A stretch of DNA of 64,000 bases from Truepera sp. (GCA_965218435.1 CBDCKW010000009.1:576001-640000); one strand, 5' to 3'; shown: positions 8,894 to 20,292, counted from the first letter of the stretch. The notes: a model not told the origin generated them from the sequence alone. Numbers and translations: made by a program.

Positions 8894-9529
8894 ATGAGTA
8901 TCAATAAATTTGGAAGCATTCTTTTGAATGAGGAGCAAGAACGGCTACAAAATTACGCTGCGCATCTGATGGAACCTGATACCCAGCGAACGCTTTTGCT
9001 CACCGCGCACCTCGTTTCTGAGCGTCTGCTTAGTGAAATGATTGAGACAAAACTTTTCTATCCTTCAGTTTGGCTAGATGGGGCTGATTACCGTGACAAA
9101 GTGAACTTGGCTCGAGCAATGAACCTTATTGGTGAAGATGAATTACGGATCTGTCGTGTGCTGAATTCTGCGAGGAATGCTGTAGCTCACTCTCTTGAAC
9201 CATTATCGGAGAAGTGGCGTGTTGAAGTTTTTAGATTGGCATTTGGACATAGTAAAGTAGAAAACGAAGTATCTGAAGCTGAGATTTGGCGCAAGGCGCT
9301 TGTCGAACTCATTATCTACGTTGCGGCACCGTGGCTTTACGCAGCATTTCAAAGCAAGCATTCAGCACTCCGCAAGCAGCATAAGAACCGTTGGATGGAG
9401 CTGATGGCTGAGCAACTGCAAACAGTCCCTGATCTCAATGCAGTAGTTGATAATGCTACTGAGCACAAACGCCTTGCAGAAGAAGTTGACCTTCTACTTG
9501 TGAAGGAGCTACAGGATAAGAGCAGCTGA
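8894..9529 (+). CDS. Hypothetical protein with HEPN/MtlR-like RxxxxH motif
   Basis: AHLVSERLL...KVNLARAMNLI...LNSARNAVAH pattern; AT-richer than host genes. Confidence 0.55.
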   Translation: MSINKFGSILLNEEQERLQNYAAHLMEPDTQRTLLLTAHLVSERLLSEMIETKLFYPSVWLDGADYRDKVNLARAMNLIGEDELRICRVLNSARNAVAHSLEPLSEKWRVEVFRLAFGHSKVENEVSEAEIWRKALVELIIYVAAPWLYAAFQSKHSALRKQHKNRWMELMAEQLQTVPDLNAVVDNATEHKRLAEEVDLLLVKELQDKSS

Positions 9530-9581
9530 AGACTATCGGTTTTAGGAAATTCGAATTATATTGCACGTTGAGTCTTTTGAC

Positions 9582-9618
9582 AAAAGCACCCCACATTCAC
9601 AAACGGTGCGGGGTGCTT
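9582..9618 (-). terminator. Intrinsic terminator, possibly bidirectional
   Basis: AAGCACCCC...GGGGTGCTT stem, with a T tract on the minus strand. Confidence 0.55.
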
Positions 9619-9633
9619 GCTTAAGTTATGGTG

Positions 9634-9790
9634 TTACTTCTGCGGCCACTCCGGGTTCGGCACAAAGTCGGTCGGGTCAAGTTCATACCGCCCGACGTCT
9701 TTTTCGTGTTTGACAATCTTGCCGTAAACACGCTGCACGTCGCCTTCGACGAGCCCGTAATCGAAGGCGTCCCCGATGTCGGTTTGTTTG
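9634..9790 (-). pseudogene. Orphan 3' gene fragment (..TDIGDAFDYGLVEGDVQRVYGKIVKHEKDVGRYELDPTDFVPNPEWPQK*)
   Basis: Host-like GC3-rich codons, stop followed by a terminator, no start codon (in-frame TAG upstream). Confidence 0.4.
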
Positions 9791-10246
9791 CTCTATCTCT
9801 GGCTCGCTGCCTTTGACTCCCAGGTCATCAAGTGGGGACTGCGTAAGCTGGTCGACCGCACGTCCAGAAGAGACCGCAGTAGCTTTTGCATCGGCTTCGA
9901 CTCCTTACTTCTACTTCGCTGCATCCACCAACGCTTCGTCCCTGACAACCTTTCTTGCCTTATCCGTGAACCGCGAAGGTGTTGGGTGGCTAGTAGTTCA
10001 CTCAACATCTATTGTCGGCTAGATGTAAAGAAATGACTCGTGCCAGACAAAAGTTTCGCTTGAGCCTCTGTAACAAAACTTGTTTGTCGGAGTGCTGGAT
10101 ACCTGTTTTAGGCTTTTGTCGCATACTTAGCTACTGTACATAGACTGAAAAATTGACATCAAGACCGCCTCACGGTAAAACGTAAAGCGGTCTGTAAAAC
10201 TTTGTGGCACACCGGATGATAGGCAAGGGTGCAGAAAAGAGCAACG

Positions 10247-11977
10247 ATGAGCGAATATCCGAGACCGCAATTAGAGCGGCAACACTGGCAAAGTCTGGAC
10301 GGGCAGTGGCAGTTCTCCTTTGATGAGGGTGAAGTCCCCGGCGAGGTCTCGTGGACGCATGAAATCACCGTCCCGTTTCCGCCCGAGTCCAAACTTTCAG
10401 GCGTTCACGACGAGGACTTTCACCCGTGCGTGTGGTACCGCCGGACGGTTCAGGTACCGTCTGAGTGGAGCGGGCAGCGGGTACGGTTGCATTTCGGGGC
10501 GGTGGATTATCGGGCGCAGGTCTGGGTCAACGGTCAGCTCGTCGTCACGCACGAAGGGGGCCATACGCCTTTTTGGGCCGACATCACGCCCGCGCTTTCA
10601 GGTGCAGAGGCAGAGATTATCGTGCGCGCCGAAGACGACCCGCACGACCTGGCTAAACCACGCGGTAAACAAGACTGGCTCCGTGAGCCGCACGGCATCT
10701 GGTATCCACGCACGACCGGCATCTGGCAGACGGTTTGGCTCGAGCCTATCCCCGAAACGCACCTCGGCGAGCTGCGGCTGACGCCTGACGCAAAGGCGTT
10801 CGGGATTACGCTCGAGGCGCAAGTTGTGGGAGATAGCGCCGACCAAAACTCACCCTTGAGCCTCGAGGTCACCTTGCGTTTGGGCGACGAAATACTCGTC
10901 CAAGATACTTTCGGTGTTGTGAACGGACGCGTTAAACGGACGCTTCACCTGGAAGACCCCGGCATTGACGACGCCCGCAGGCGGTTGGTCTGGAGTCCTG
11001 ACCGACCGACGCTGTTAGACTTAGAGCTCGTACTTAAGCGTAAAAACGAAGTTGTGGACGAGGTAACGAGCTATACCGCGCTGCGCTCGGTCAGCACCCG
11101 TGGCGGCAGCTTTTTTCTCAACGAGCGCCCCTACTTTTTACGGCTGGCGCTTGACCAGGGCTATTGGGACGACTCACTGCTGGCCGCGCCGAGTGACGAC
11201 GCGCTCCGTAAAGATGTCGAACTCGCCAAGGCGATGGGGTTTAACGGGGTGCGTAAACACCAAAAGCTCGAGACCCCCCGCTATCTCTACTGGGCTGATA
11301 AGCTGGGCCTCCTCGTCTGGACGGAACTGCCGAGCGCCTACGCCTTTACGCCGCAAACCGGTGAGCGCCTCACTAAGGAGTGGTTGGAAGCGTTGAAACG
11401 CGATTACAACCATCCGTGCGTGGTGGCGTGGGTCGCCTTTAACGAGTCGTGGGGTGTGCCGGATTTGCCCCTTTCAGCGGCGCAGCGTAACCTCGTCGCG
11501 GCGCTTTACCATCTGGCCAAAGCGTATGACACTACCCGGCCGGTTGTCGGTAACGACGGCTGGGAGCACGTCGCCGCCGACCTCTTTACCATCCACGACT
11601 ACACCAGCAACCCCGACGTGTTGCGGGCGCGTTACGGCAGCACCGGGGAGCGGGATTGGCGCGTGCGTCCGGCAGGGCGTGACCTGCTGTTAGACGGAGT
11701 AAATCTGGGAGACGCGCCGGTCGTGTTGTCCGAATTCGGTGGCGTGCGTTACGCCCGTGACGGCGAGGGATGGGGTTACGACCAGGTGGAAAGCTCCGAG
11801 GCGCTTTTAGAAAAATATCGGGCGCTCGTTGCGGCGGCCTCGAGCCCCGGTCTAGCAGGGTTTTGTTACACCCAGTTTGCCGACACCTTTCAAGAGCAAA
11901 ACGGCCTATTGTTCAGCGACCGCACCCCCAAAGTCACGTTAGACGACCTCCGTAAAGCGACGGCGCAGCGGCGCTAA
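10247..11977 (+). CDS. Glycoside hydrolase family 2 (beta-galactosidase/glucuronidase-like)
   Basis: YPRPQL, LHFGAVDY, HEGGHTPF, GIWQTVWLE, GFNGVRKHQK, FNESWG, LSEFGG. Confidence 0.9.
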   Translation: MSEYPRPQLERQHWQSLDGQWQFSFDEGEVPGEVSWTHEITVPFPPESKLSGVHDEDFHPCVWYRRTVQVPSEWSGQRVRLHFGAVDYRAQVWVNGQLVVTHEGGHTPFWADITPALSGAEAEIIVRAEDDPHDLAKPRGKQDWLREPHGIWYPRTTGIWQTVWLEPIPETHLGELRLTPDAKAFGITLEAQVVGDSADQNSPLSLEVTLRLGDEILVQDTFGVVNGRVKRTLHLEDPGIDDARRRLVWSPDRPTLLDLELVLKRKNEVVDEVTSYTALRSVSTRGGSFFLNERPYFLRLALDQGYWDDSLLAAPSDDALRKDVELAKAMGFNGVRKHQKLETPRYLYWADKLGLLVWTELPSAYAFTPQTGERLTKEWLEALKRDYNHPCVVAWVAFNESWGVPDLPLSAAQRNLVAALYHLAKAYDTTRPVVGNDGWEHVAADLFTIHDYTSNPDVLRARYGSTGERDWRVRPAGRDLLLDGVNLGDAPVVLSEFGGVRYARDGEGWGYDQVESSEALLEKYRALVAAASSPGLAGFCYTQFADTFQEQNGLLFSDRTPKVTLDDLRKATAQRR

Positions 11978-11978
11978 C

Positions 11979-13028
11979 ATGCGTTACTTGCTCGTCTCTA
12001 TCCTCTTTTTACTAGGGGTTGCTCGAGCCGCCCCCATACCTTCTCTGCAAGACCTCATCATGGTTGATGCGAAGGTCGGCTGGGGGCTGAGCGCCCAGCA
12101 GCTCTACCGTACCGAAGATGGAGGCGAGGGGTGGCAAACTGTTCCTTTCGGGCGGCTTGCCGACGAAACCTTTTGTACGCTCGGGCGCGGCGCGACACGG
12201 CGTGCGGTCTGGGTAGCCTGCACGCCGCTGCACTCGAGCCTTGTGACGCAAGCCGAAGGTACCCTCTACCGGACGGAAACAGCGGGAGAGAACTGGGCGC
12301 ATAGTCCGCTACCGTTAGGGGGCAGCGTTTACGTTCAGCGTCTAAATAAACAGCTCGGTTACGTCACGACCTTGATCGCGCAGGGGATGGGGCACGTAGA
12401 TTTCGGCTTTGCCCAAACTATTGATGGTGGGCAAAGCTGGCAAGTTGAGAATACCAAAAATCAGCGGCCGCTCGGTCAAAACGGCCAGACGTTTCCGACT
12501 TATGACGCTAAAGGTGACGGTTACTTAGGGATCAGCCCCTTTGCACAGGAGGGGTTTATGCTGCTCCTAAAAAGTCAAAATGCGGGTCAGACCTGGACGC
12601 CTACGCGTATCGCTGCGCCGGAAACCTCTACAATGATGACGCCGGACATCCCGGTGGTGCTCGGTCCAACAGTCCTGGTTGTGGCGAGGCTCGAGCGCCT
12701 TCAAGCCAAAAATGCTCATAGCTTTGCGCTTTACGTCAGTCACGACGGTGGACAGACTTATCAGCATGGGCAACGGGTGAGCTTTACGGCGCTCCCGGAT
12801 TGGCCGCCGCAGATTAAGGCGTCGTTTCTCAGTACAAAGTGGGGCTTTGTCGCGGCCGGGTCTACCTTGTACCGCACCAGCAACGGTGGTAAAAGTTGGT
12901 GCCGAACCGGAATCCCAAAAGAGCCGGTGGTGGCGTTTACCTTTGTCAACACGCAAACAGGTTGGTTCCTGACACGTAAGGCACTTTACCGCACTACAGA
13001 CGGCGGCTGGCAGTGGCAGCGGCTGTAG
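11979..13028 (+). CDS. Secreted BNR/Asp-box repeat beta-propeller protein (YCF48-like)
   Basis: Signal peptide; repeated LYRT.DGG.(T/S)W motifs. Confidence 0.75.
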   Translation: MRYLLVSILFLLGVARAAPIPSLQDLIMVDAKVGWGLSAQQLYRTEDGGEGWQTVPFGRLADETFCTLGRGATRRAVWVACTPLHSSLVTQAEGTLYRTETAGENWAHSPLPLGGSVYVQRLNKQLGYVTTLIAQGMGHVDFGFAQTIDGGQSWQVENTKNQRPLGQNGQTFPTYDAKGDGYLGISPFAQEGFMLLLKSQNAGQTWTPTRIAAPETSTMMTPDIPVVLGPTVLVVARLERLQAKNAHSFALYVSHDGGQTYQHGQRVSFTALPDWPPQIKASFLSTKWGFVAAGSTLYRTSNGGKSWCRTGIPKEPVVAFTFVNTQTGWFLTRKALYRTTDGGWQWQRL

Positions 13029-13048
13029 CGGTATAGAGGCCATCTCAA

Positions 13049-13080
13049 AAACCTTTTTGGGCTGAGGCCCAAAAGGGTTT
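13049..13080. repeat. 14-bp stem-loop (terminator or part of a possible MITE)
   Basis: AAACCTTTTTGGGC-TGAG-GCCCAAAAGGGTTT. Confidence 0.6.
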
Positions 13081-13284
13081 GACCGAGCTAGGCGAGTAAG
13101 ATAGGACGCTCTAAGTCTAGAAAATCATTTTTGCAATAGGTTTTAGACTGTCAAACCTGCACTTACCCTGACAACCTACCCTTCTTGTTATGAATTCAGC
13201 GGTTCATCCGGGTACGCTCGAGCCTGTCGGCGCAGATAGCTTTGGCCTAAAAAGCCTATATCGGACGACAACCTGTATCAAAGC

Positions 13285-13318
13285 TTGACGAAACCTGAAG
13301 TCAGTGTTAACGTTAACA
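13285..13318 (+). promoter_or_regulatory. Sigma70 promoter overlapped by a LacI-type operator
   Basis: TTGACG-17nt-TAACGT with TG extension; perfect palindrome TGTTAACGTTAACA at 13305-13318. Confidence 0.75.
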
Positions 13319-13348
13319 AGAAATAAAATTTACAACCGGGAGACCTTT

Positions 13349-14413
13349 ATGAAAGCACTTCGGCTGGCCCTTAGCGGTGTAGTATTGGGACTTTTTACCC
13401 TGACGACCCTCGCGTTTGCGCAGGACAAAGGCACGATCGGTATCTCGATGCCGACCAAATCTTCAGCCCGCTGGATTGCCGACGGGAATAACATGGTCGA
13501 ACAGTTTAAGGCGGCGGGTTACGACACCGATTTGCAGTACGCCGAAGACAACATCCCCAATCAGTTGGCGCAGATTGAAAACATGGTCGTTAAAGGGGTG
13601 GACGCCCTGGTCATCGCGTCAATTGACGGCACGACGCTTTCCGACGTGCTGGCTCAGGCTGCAGACCAGGGTATTCCGGTGATCGCCTACGACCGCCTGA
13701 TCCGCGACTCTGAAAATGTTGACTATTACGCGACGTTCGACAACTTTCAGGTCGGCGTGTTACAAGGCAGCTATATCAGAGACGCGCTCGATTTAGAAAA
13801 CACCGACGGCCCCTACAATATCGAACTCTTCGGCGGGTCGCCCGACGACAACAACGCCTACTTTTTTTACGACGGCGCGATGTCGGTGTTGCAGCCCTAC
13901 ATTGACTCGGGCAAGCTGGTGGTGAAAAGCGGTCAAACCGGGATGGACAAAGTTTCGACGCTGCGCTGGAGCGGTTCGGCGGCGCAAGCACGAATGGACA
14001 ACCTCTTAAGCGCGTACTACTCGGACGCCCATGTTGACGCGGTGCTGTCACCTTATGACGGGCTCAGCATCGGGATTATCTCGTCTCTTAAAGGGGTCGG
14101 CTACGGTAGCGGCAACCTGGCGATGCCGGTTATTACCGGTCAAGACGCAGAAGTTCCTTCGGTCAAGTCGATCATCGCTGGGGAGCAGACCTCGACGATC
14201 TTCAAAGATACCCGCGAACTAGCCAAAGTTACAGTTGAGATGGTAGACGCCGTACTGAGCGGGGGCAAGGTGCCGGTCAACGACACAAAAACTTACGACA
14301 ACGGTGTTAAAGTCGTGCCGTCTTACCTGCTTTCACCGGTCCTAGTTGATTCTGAGAACTACAAAAAAGTGCTGGTTGATAGCGGTTACTATACCGCGGC
14401 CGACCTTCAGTAA
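13349..14413 (+). CDS. chvE: Multiple monosaccharide ABC transporter substrate-binding protein
   Basis: [56 protein letters not shown]. Confidence 0.9.
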   Translation: MKALRLALSGVVLGLFTLTTLAFAQDKGTIGISMPTKSSARWIADGNNMVEQFKAAGYDTDLQYAEDNIPNQLAQIENMVVKGVDALVIASIDGTTLSDVLAQAADQGIPVIAYDRLIRDSENVDYYATFDNFQVGVLQGSYIRDALDLENTDGPYNIELFGGSPDDNNAYFFYDGAMSVLQPYIDSGKLVVKSGQTGMDKVSTLRWSGSAAQARMDNLLSAYYSDAHVDAVLSPYDGLSIGIISSLKGVGYGSGNLAMPVITGQDAEVPSVKSIIAGEQTSTIFKDTRELAKVTVEMVDAVLSGGKVPVNDTKTYDNGVKVVPSYLLSPVLVDSENYKKVLVDSGYYTAADLQ

Positions 14414-14445
14414 GCTCAAAGGTTTCTGACGGATATGTAGGCGGC

Positions 14446-14480
14446 AAGCGTATGTGCGCGTGAGCGGCGCACATACGCTT
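14446..14480 (+). repeat. Perfect 14-bp hairpin after chvE
   Basis: AAGCGTATGTGCGC-GTGAGCG-GCGCACATACGCTT. Confidence 0.75.
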
Positions 14481-14638
14481 CTCTCTAGCGGCGAGTCGGC
14501 ACGGTCAAAGTTTGAGAAGCACCGTTTGTCTAAAAACCGAGTCTAAACTTCGCCGATAAGTACGCACTTTCTGTGACACTACTAGCAGCAAGATTTGGAA
14601 AGTCTGTTAAGTCAACTTCGGCTGATGAGTGAGAGGCT

Positions 14639-16225
14639 ATGTCAGAGTCCAAGTTAGAAGCCAGGTTAAAGCCTGAGTTAGAGTCTAAGTCAACGATTTT
14701 AGAAATGCGCAACATCACCAAGACGTTTCCGGGCGTCAAGGCGCTTAGCAACGTCAATTTGAGCGTTCGGGAGGGGGAAATTCACGCGCTCGTCGGTGAA
14801 AACGGAGCGGGCAAATCAACCTTGATGAAGGTCCTTTCGGGCGTCTACCCCTACGGCAGCTACGAAGGTGAGATTTTTTATCAGGGGCAACCGTGCCGCT
14901 TTAGAGATATTAGCGACAGCGAAAAGCTCGGCATTATTATTATCCACCAAGAGTTGGCGCTGATTCCGCTGCTGTCAATTTCTGAAAATATCTTTTTGGG
15001 TAACGAGCGTTCAAAGTTCGGGGTCATCAACTGGTCTGAAGTGGCGCTGCAAACCCGCGACCTGCTCGCCAAAGTTGGCCTTAACGAAGCGCCGGACACG
15101 CTGATCGCCGATATCGGTGTGGGGAAGCAGCAACTCGTCGAGATTGCTAAGGCGCTCGCTAAAAAGGTCAAACTGCTGATCTTAGACGAGCCGACCTCGA
15201 GCCTGAGTGAAAGCGACAGTGAGGCGCTCCTAGAGCTGCTCCGTGAGTTTAGGGCACAGGGCATCACCTCGATTTTAATTTCGCATAAGCTGAGTGAAAT
15301 TTCAAAAGTCGCCGATTCGGTGACAATTTTGCGCGACGGCGAGACCATAGAAACGCTTGACTGTCACGCGCGTAAGGTCAGTGAAGCGCAGATCATCCGG
15401 GGGATGGTGGGCCGCGAACTTACCAGCCGTTACCCCGAACGGGACGCGCGTATCGGTGAAACGATCTTCGAGGTCAAAAACTGGAATGTGTTTCATCCGC
15501 TGCGGAGTGAACATCAGATCGTCCGGGACGTAAACCTGCACGTCAAAGAGGGGGAGATTGTCGGGATTGCCGGACTGATGGGCTCAGGGCGTACCGAGCT
15601 AGCGATGAGCCTCTTTGGTCGCTCGTACGGTCAGCGGATCAGTGGTCAGGTGCTGCTGCGGGGTCAAGAAGCCGACGTAAGTTCGGTCGGTAAGGCGATT
15701 CGCAGCGGTCTCGCGTACGTGACCGAAGACCGCAAAAGTTACGGCCTGATTTTGGGGCAAGACATCAAACACAACATCACGCTCGCCAATTTGGACGCGT
15801 TAACGCGCGGGCTGGTCATCAGCGAACCTGAAGAGTTTGCGGTCGCTGAACGCTACCGGACACGGCTCAATATCCGCTCCTCGAGCGTGTCACAAGAGAC
15901 GCTCAACCTTTCCGGGGGCAACCAGCAAAAGGTAGTCCTGAGCAAGTGGCTGTTTGCCGACCCTGCCGTGCTGATCTTAGACGAGCCGACCCGGGGCGTT
16001 GACGTCGGGGCGAAGTTTGAAATCTATACGATTATAGGTCAGCTCGCCGCCGAAGGGAAAGGGGTGATTTTTATCTCGTCGGAGTTGCCGGAAATCTTGG
16101 GCATGAGCGACCGTATTTACGTGATGAACGAAGGGCGAATCGTCGGAGAGATGCTCCGTAAAGACGCGTCACAAGAGAAAATTATGCGCGAAATCGTCAG
16201 TCTCGAGGGGAGTAACGTCGCATGA
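14639..16225 (+). CDS. mmsA: Sugar ABC transporter ATP-binding protein (two NBDs)
   Basis: [16 protein letters not shown] twice, LSGGNQQKV. Confidence 0.9.
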   Translation: MSESKLEARLKPELESKSTILEMRNITKTFPGVKALSNVNLSVREGEIHALVGENGAGKSTLMKVLSGVYPYGSYEGEIFYQGQPCRFRDISDSEKLGIIIIHQELALIPLLSISENIFLGNERSKFGVINWSEVALQTRDLLAKVGLNEAPDTLIADIGVGKQQLVEIAKALAKKVKLLILDEPTSSLSESDSEALLELLREFRAQGITSILISHKLSEISKVADSVTILRDGETIETLDCHARKVSEAQIIRGMVGRELTSRYPERDARIGETIFEVKNWNVFHPLRSEHQIVRDVNLHVKEGEIVGIAGLMGSGRTELAMSLFGRSYGQRISGQVLLRGQEADVSSVGKAIRSGLAYVTEDRKSYGLILGQDIKHNITLANLDALTRGLVISEPEEFAVAERYRTRLNIRSSSVSQETLNLSGGNQQKVVLSKWLFADPAVLILDEPTRGVDVGAKFEIYTIIGQLAAEGKGVIFISSELPEILGMSDRIYVMNEGRIVGEMLRKDASQEKIMREIVSLEGSNVA

Positions 16226-17415
16226 GCAGCGTAACGGTAGGAAAAAGCAGGGCGCAGGGTATCGGTGAACTCTTTCGCCGCAACGTTCGGCAGTACGGGA
16301 TGCTGGTCGCGCTGTTAGCGATCATGTTATTTTTTCAGGTACGAACAGACGGCGTGCTCCTCAAACCGCTCAACGTCACCAATTTGCTCTTACAAAACTC
16401 GTACATCGTCATCATGGCGATTGGAATGCTTTTAGTGATCGTCGCCGGTCATATCGACCTGTCGGTCGGTTCGGTGGTCGGGTTCGTCGGCGGGCTGGCC
16501 GCCATCATGATGGTCAACTATCACATTAACTGGGCCTTAACCGTCATCGTCTGTCTGCTCGTCGGGACGCTCGTCGGCGCGGCGCAGGGGTTTTGGGTGG
16601 CGTTTTTAGGGATGCCTTCGTTTATCGTCACGCTCGCGGGGATGCTGGTTTTTCGGGGCCTGAGTTTGGCGCTGCTACAAGGGCAATCCGTCGGGCCGTT
16701 TCCGGACACCTTCCAAAAACTCAGCTCGGGGTTTATCCCGGACTTTTTTGGCAGTGAACTGCACCTTACCTCGCTGCTATTGGGTGGGCTCGTCTCGCTC
16801 GCGCTGGTCGTGCTGAGCGTGCGGCAACGTCGCGCTCAGCTGCGTTACGGGCTGAGCACCGAACCGCTCGCTTTTTTTGTGCTGAAAAATGCGGTCGTCG
16901 TCGCGGCGATTATGTACTTGTGCTATCTGCTGGCGTCGTACCGGGGACTGCCGAACGTCTTAGTCATCATGTTCGTATTGCTGCTGCTCTATTCGTTTGT
17001 CACGACCCAAACGACGGTGGGGCGGCGGCTTTACGCGCTCGGCGGCAACGTCAGGGCGGCAAAACTTTCCGGCGTTAAAACCCAGCGCCTGACCTTTTTG
17101 ACCTTTATGAATATGGGGTTTTTGGCGGCGCTGGCCGGACTGGTCTTTGCGGCGCGGCTGAATACCGCCACGCCGGGAGCCGGAACCTCGTTTGAACTCG
17201 ACGTGATTGCGGCGGCTTTTATCGGGGGGGCGTCGGCAACCGGCGGTGTCGGAACGGTCGTCGGCGCGGTGATCGGGGCGTTTGTCATGGGCGTGATGAA
17301 TAACGGGATGTCCATCCTAGGGGTCGGCATCGACTGGCAGCAGGTCATCAAAGGTTTGGTGCTCCTACTCGCGGTGTTTTTTGACGTGTACAACAAAAAT
17401 AAAGGCTTATCTTAA
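16222..17415 (+). CDS. mmsB: Sugar ABC transporter permease
   Basis: [24 protein letters not shown]; many transmembrane segments. Confidence 0.9.
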   Translation: MSSVTVGKSRAQGIGELFRRNVRQYGMLVALLAIMLFFQVRTDGVLLKPLNVTNLLLQNSYIVIMAIGMLLVIVAGHIDLSVGSVVGFVGGLAAIMMVNYHINWALTVIVCLLVGTLVGAAQGFWVAFLGMPSFIVTLAGMLVFRGLSLALLQGQSVGPFPDTFQKLSSGFIPDFFGSELHLTSLLLGGLVSLALVVLSVRQRRAQLRYGLSTEPLAFFVLKNAVVVAAIMYLCYLLASYRGLPNVLVIMFVLLLLYSFVTTQTTVGRRLYALGGNVRAAKLSGVKTQRLTFLTFMNMGFLAALAGLVFAARLNTATPGAGTSFELDVIAAAFIGGASATGGVGTVVGAVIGAFVMGVMNNGMSILGVGIDWQQVIKGLVLLLAVFFDVYNKNKGLS

Positions 17416-17460
17416 CCGTGGTCTTAACCGCGAACCGAACCGCAAACCGAGGTCGCTAAG

Positions 17461-18522
17461 GTGTCCCAAACGTTCAAGTCGCCCGGTAGAGTGTCCGGTA
17501 AGTCGCCCAGGGCGGTGACGCTCAGCGACGTTGCCGAAGCCAGCGGCGTCTCGCATCAGACGGTCTCGAGGGTCGTTAACGGCAGTCCGCAAGTTGCCGA
17601 GCTGACCCGCACACGGGTGTTAGCTGCAGTTTTTGAACTCGGCTACCGCCCCAACACGGCGGCCCGGCAGCTCGTAACCGGGACCTCGAGAACGGTCGGT
17701 ATCATCAGTTTTGGAACGAGCTACTACGGGCCTGCGCAGATGGTCGGCAGCGTCGAGCGGGCGCTGAAAGCTCGGGGTTACGGGTTTGTCTTCGCCTCGA
17801 TCGACACGCTCAGCTTGCCCGAGGTTAAGCGCGCGTTAAAAGACCTCGAGCGGCATCAGCTGGCCGGACTTATCTTGGTCACGCCGCTCTCTAAAGTGCG
17901 GCTCGCAGAGGTACGGGCGCTCTGCCGCAACCTGCCGTTTGTGATGATTGACATTCGTAAGGGAGCCGAATTGCCCTCCGTTTTGTTCGACCAAGCCTAC
18001 GGAAGCGAGCTGGCAACGCAGCATCTGCTGGATTTAGGCCACCGCACGGTTTACGAAATCAGCGGGCCGCTGGTGTGGTCGGGGGCGCTCGAGCGCCACC
18101 ACGCTTGGAAAAATACGTTGCAACGCGCGGGCGTCTCGCCGGGGCTGAGCGCCGAAGGAGATTGGACGGCGGTGGGCGGCTACCGGGCGACGCAAACGCT
18201 GCTAAAACGTTCTGCGCCGGAGTTGTCTTTTACGGCGCTGGTCGTCGGCAACGATCAGATGGCGCTGGGGACCGTTGCCGCACTACGTGAGCACGGCTGG
18301 CGTGTTCCGGGAGACGTATCGGTGGTCGGTTTTGACGACGTTCCCGAGGCGCGCTTTTACAGTCCGCCGCTCACCACGGTGAGGCAAGATTTCGAGGTTT
18401 TAGGGCAGGAGAGCGCACGCTTTATCGTTGACCTGATCGAAGCGCCGGAGCCGCCCTTGGGGCAGCTGCTGCTCAGGCCCGAACTCGTGGTGCGCTCGAG
18501 CACCGCCGCCCCGTCACAGTAG
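17461..18522 (+). CDS. LacI family transcriptional regulator
   Basis: TLSDVAEASGVSHQTVSRVVN helix-turn-helix; VPGDVSVVGFDD; PPLTTVRQDF. Confidence 0.92.
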   Translation: MSQTFKSPGRVSGKSPRAVTLSDVAEASGVSHQTVSRVVNGSPQVAELTRTRVLAAVFELGYRPNTAARQLVTGTSRTVGIISFGTSYYGPAQMVGSVERALKARGYGFVFASIDTLSLPEVKRALKDLERHQLAGLILVTPLSKVRLAEVRALCRNLPFVMIDIRKGAELPSVLFDQAYGSELATQHLLDLGHRTVYEISGPLVWSGALERHHAWKNTLQRAGVSPGLSAEGDWTAVGGYRATQTLLKRSAPELSFTALVVGNDQMALGTVAALREHGWRVPGDVSVVGFDDVPEARFYSPPLTTVRQDFEVLGQESARFIVDLIEAPEPPLGQLLLRPELVVRSSTAAPSQ

Positions 18523-18594
18523 TGTCCTAAAACCACGCCTTAAAGCTGTGACCGGCTCGGACAAACTGAGACAAACCTTGTAAGGAGGTCAGAG

Positions 18595-20292
18595 ATGTAC
18601 ACCATCGGCATAGATTACGGCACCGAGTCGGGCCGCGCCCTTTTGGTCCGCGTAGACGACGGCGCTGAACTGGCAACCGCCGTTCACGTTTACGGTGACG
18701 GTGTGCTGGACCGCACGCTCCCTGACGGGACTCGGCTGCCAAACGATTGGGCGCTGCAAAATCCGGACGATTATCTCGGGGTTCTGAAACAAGCGGTACC
18801 TGCCGTGCTAAAAGAGAGTGGGGTCAGTGCCGACGAGGTGATCGGCGTCGGGATTGACTTCACCTCATGTACGATGTTACCGACACTTGGCGACGGGACG
18901 CCGCTCTGTTTTTTGCCTGAGTTAACAAGTGAACCGCACGCGTGGGTCAAACTCTGGAAACACCACGCCGCGCAGCCCCAAGCTGACAAGATCAACGCCC
19001 TGGCTGCCGAGCGCGGCGAGCCGTGGCTGGCGCGTTACGGCGGTAAGTACTCATCGGAGTGGTTTTTCTCTAAAGCTCTCCAGATTTTAGAAGAAGCGCC
19101 GGAAATCTATGACCGGGCCGACCGGCTGATCGAAGCTGCCGACTGGCTCGTCTGGCAGCTGACCGGGGTCGAGACGCGCAACGCCTGCACCGCCGGGTAC
19201 AAAGCCATCTATCAAGACGGCAGCTTTCCCTCCCGCGACTACTTCGCCGCGCTGCACCCCGACTTTGCCGAGGTGGTGGACACCAAGATGTCTCGAGACT
19301 TAGTTCCGCTCGGCGCAAAAGCTGGAGGTTTAAGCGAAGCAGCGGCGCGTTGGACGGGTCTCAATCCGGGTACCGCGGTAGCTGTCGCCAACGTGGACGC
19401 GCACGTGACCCTGCCGGCAACGGGTGAGGTCGCGCCGGGAACCTTCGTGATGATTATGGGCACCTCGACTTGTGACGTGCTGGTGGGCGAAGCACTGCAC
19501 GAGGCTGAAGGGATGTGCGGCGTCGTCGCAGGGGGCATCATCCCCGATTTTTACGGTTACGAAGCGGGGCAGTCGGGCGTCGGCGACATCTTCGCTTGGT
19601 TTCTTAACCACAGTGTGCCCCCGGCGTTTCACCACCAAGCCGAGACCGAGGGCCTCAGCTTACACGGACTGTTAGAACGCGAGGCGGCTAAGCAGCGGCC
19701 GGGAGCACACGGGTTGTTGGCACTCGACTGGTGGAACGGGAACCGCAGCGTTTTGGTTGACGCAGATTTATCGGGGCTGCTGGTGGGGCTGACCTTGGCG
19801 ACACGGGCACCCGACATCTACCGCGCCCTCTTAGAGTCAACGGCGTACAGCAAACGCCTTATCGTCGAAGCGTTTGAGGGGAGCGGGGTGCCGGTGACCA
19901 AGATCATTGCAGCGGGTGGGTTGCCCGCAAAAAACCCGCTGCTGATGCAGATTTACGCCGATGTGCTGGGCCGTGACATCTTTGTAATCGGGAGTGAACA
20001 GGGTCCGGCTTTAGGGAGCGCCATGCACGCGGCGGTGGCAGCCGGAGCCTACCCCGACATCGGCGCAGCCGCGCAAAAGATGGGGCGTCTCAGCGACGTC
20101 AGCTATCAGCCCAGCCCCGAAAATGTTGCAGTTTACGGCGAGCTTTATAGAGACTACTGCTACCTGCACGACCTCTTCGGCCGGAGTACCGTCAAAGAAC
20201 CTGGTGGGGTGATGAAGCGGCTGCGTAAACTTAGAGGAGCGACTACCGCAGCCACGAAGGAAACCTCAGTTGAGGCCGGAGTGAGAGAATGA
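18595..20292 (+). CDS. araB: Ribulokinase
   Basis: IGIDYGTESGRA, VKLWKHHAAQ, YEAGQSGVGD, LDWWNGNRS; AAGGAGG SD. Confidence 0.92.
   Translation: MYTIGIDYGTESGRALLVRVDDGAELATAVHVYGDGVLDRTLPDGTRLPNDWALQNPDDYLGVLKQAVPAVLKESGVSADEVIGVGIDFTSCTMLPTLGDGTPLCFLPELTSEPHAWVKLWKHHAAQPQADKINALAAERGEPWLARYGGKYSSEWFFSKALQILEEAPEIYDRADRLIEAADWLVWQLTGVETRNACTAGYKAIYQDGSFPSRDYFAALHPDFAEVVDTKMSRDLVPLGAKAGGLSEAAARWTGLNPGTAVAVANVDAHVTLPATGEVAPGTFVMIMGTSTCDVLVGEALHEAEGMCGVVAGGIIPDFYGYEAGQSGVGDIFAWFLNHSVPPAFHHQAETEGLSLHGLLEREAAKQRPGAHGLLALDWWNGNRSVLVDADLSGLLVGLTLATRAPDIYRALLESTAYSKRLIVEAFEGSGVPVTKIIAAGGLPAKNPLLMQIYADVLGRDIFVIGSEQGPALGSAMHAAVAAGAYPDIGAAAQKMGRLSDVSYQPSPENVAVYGELYRDYCYLHDLFGRSTVKEPGGVMKRLRKLRGATTAATKETSVEAGVRE

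Noticed and set aside
9628..10392. Short ORFs listed in the track in this interval
   Set aside because: No SD or leaderless signal, no motifs and atypical composition; treated as debris
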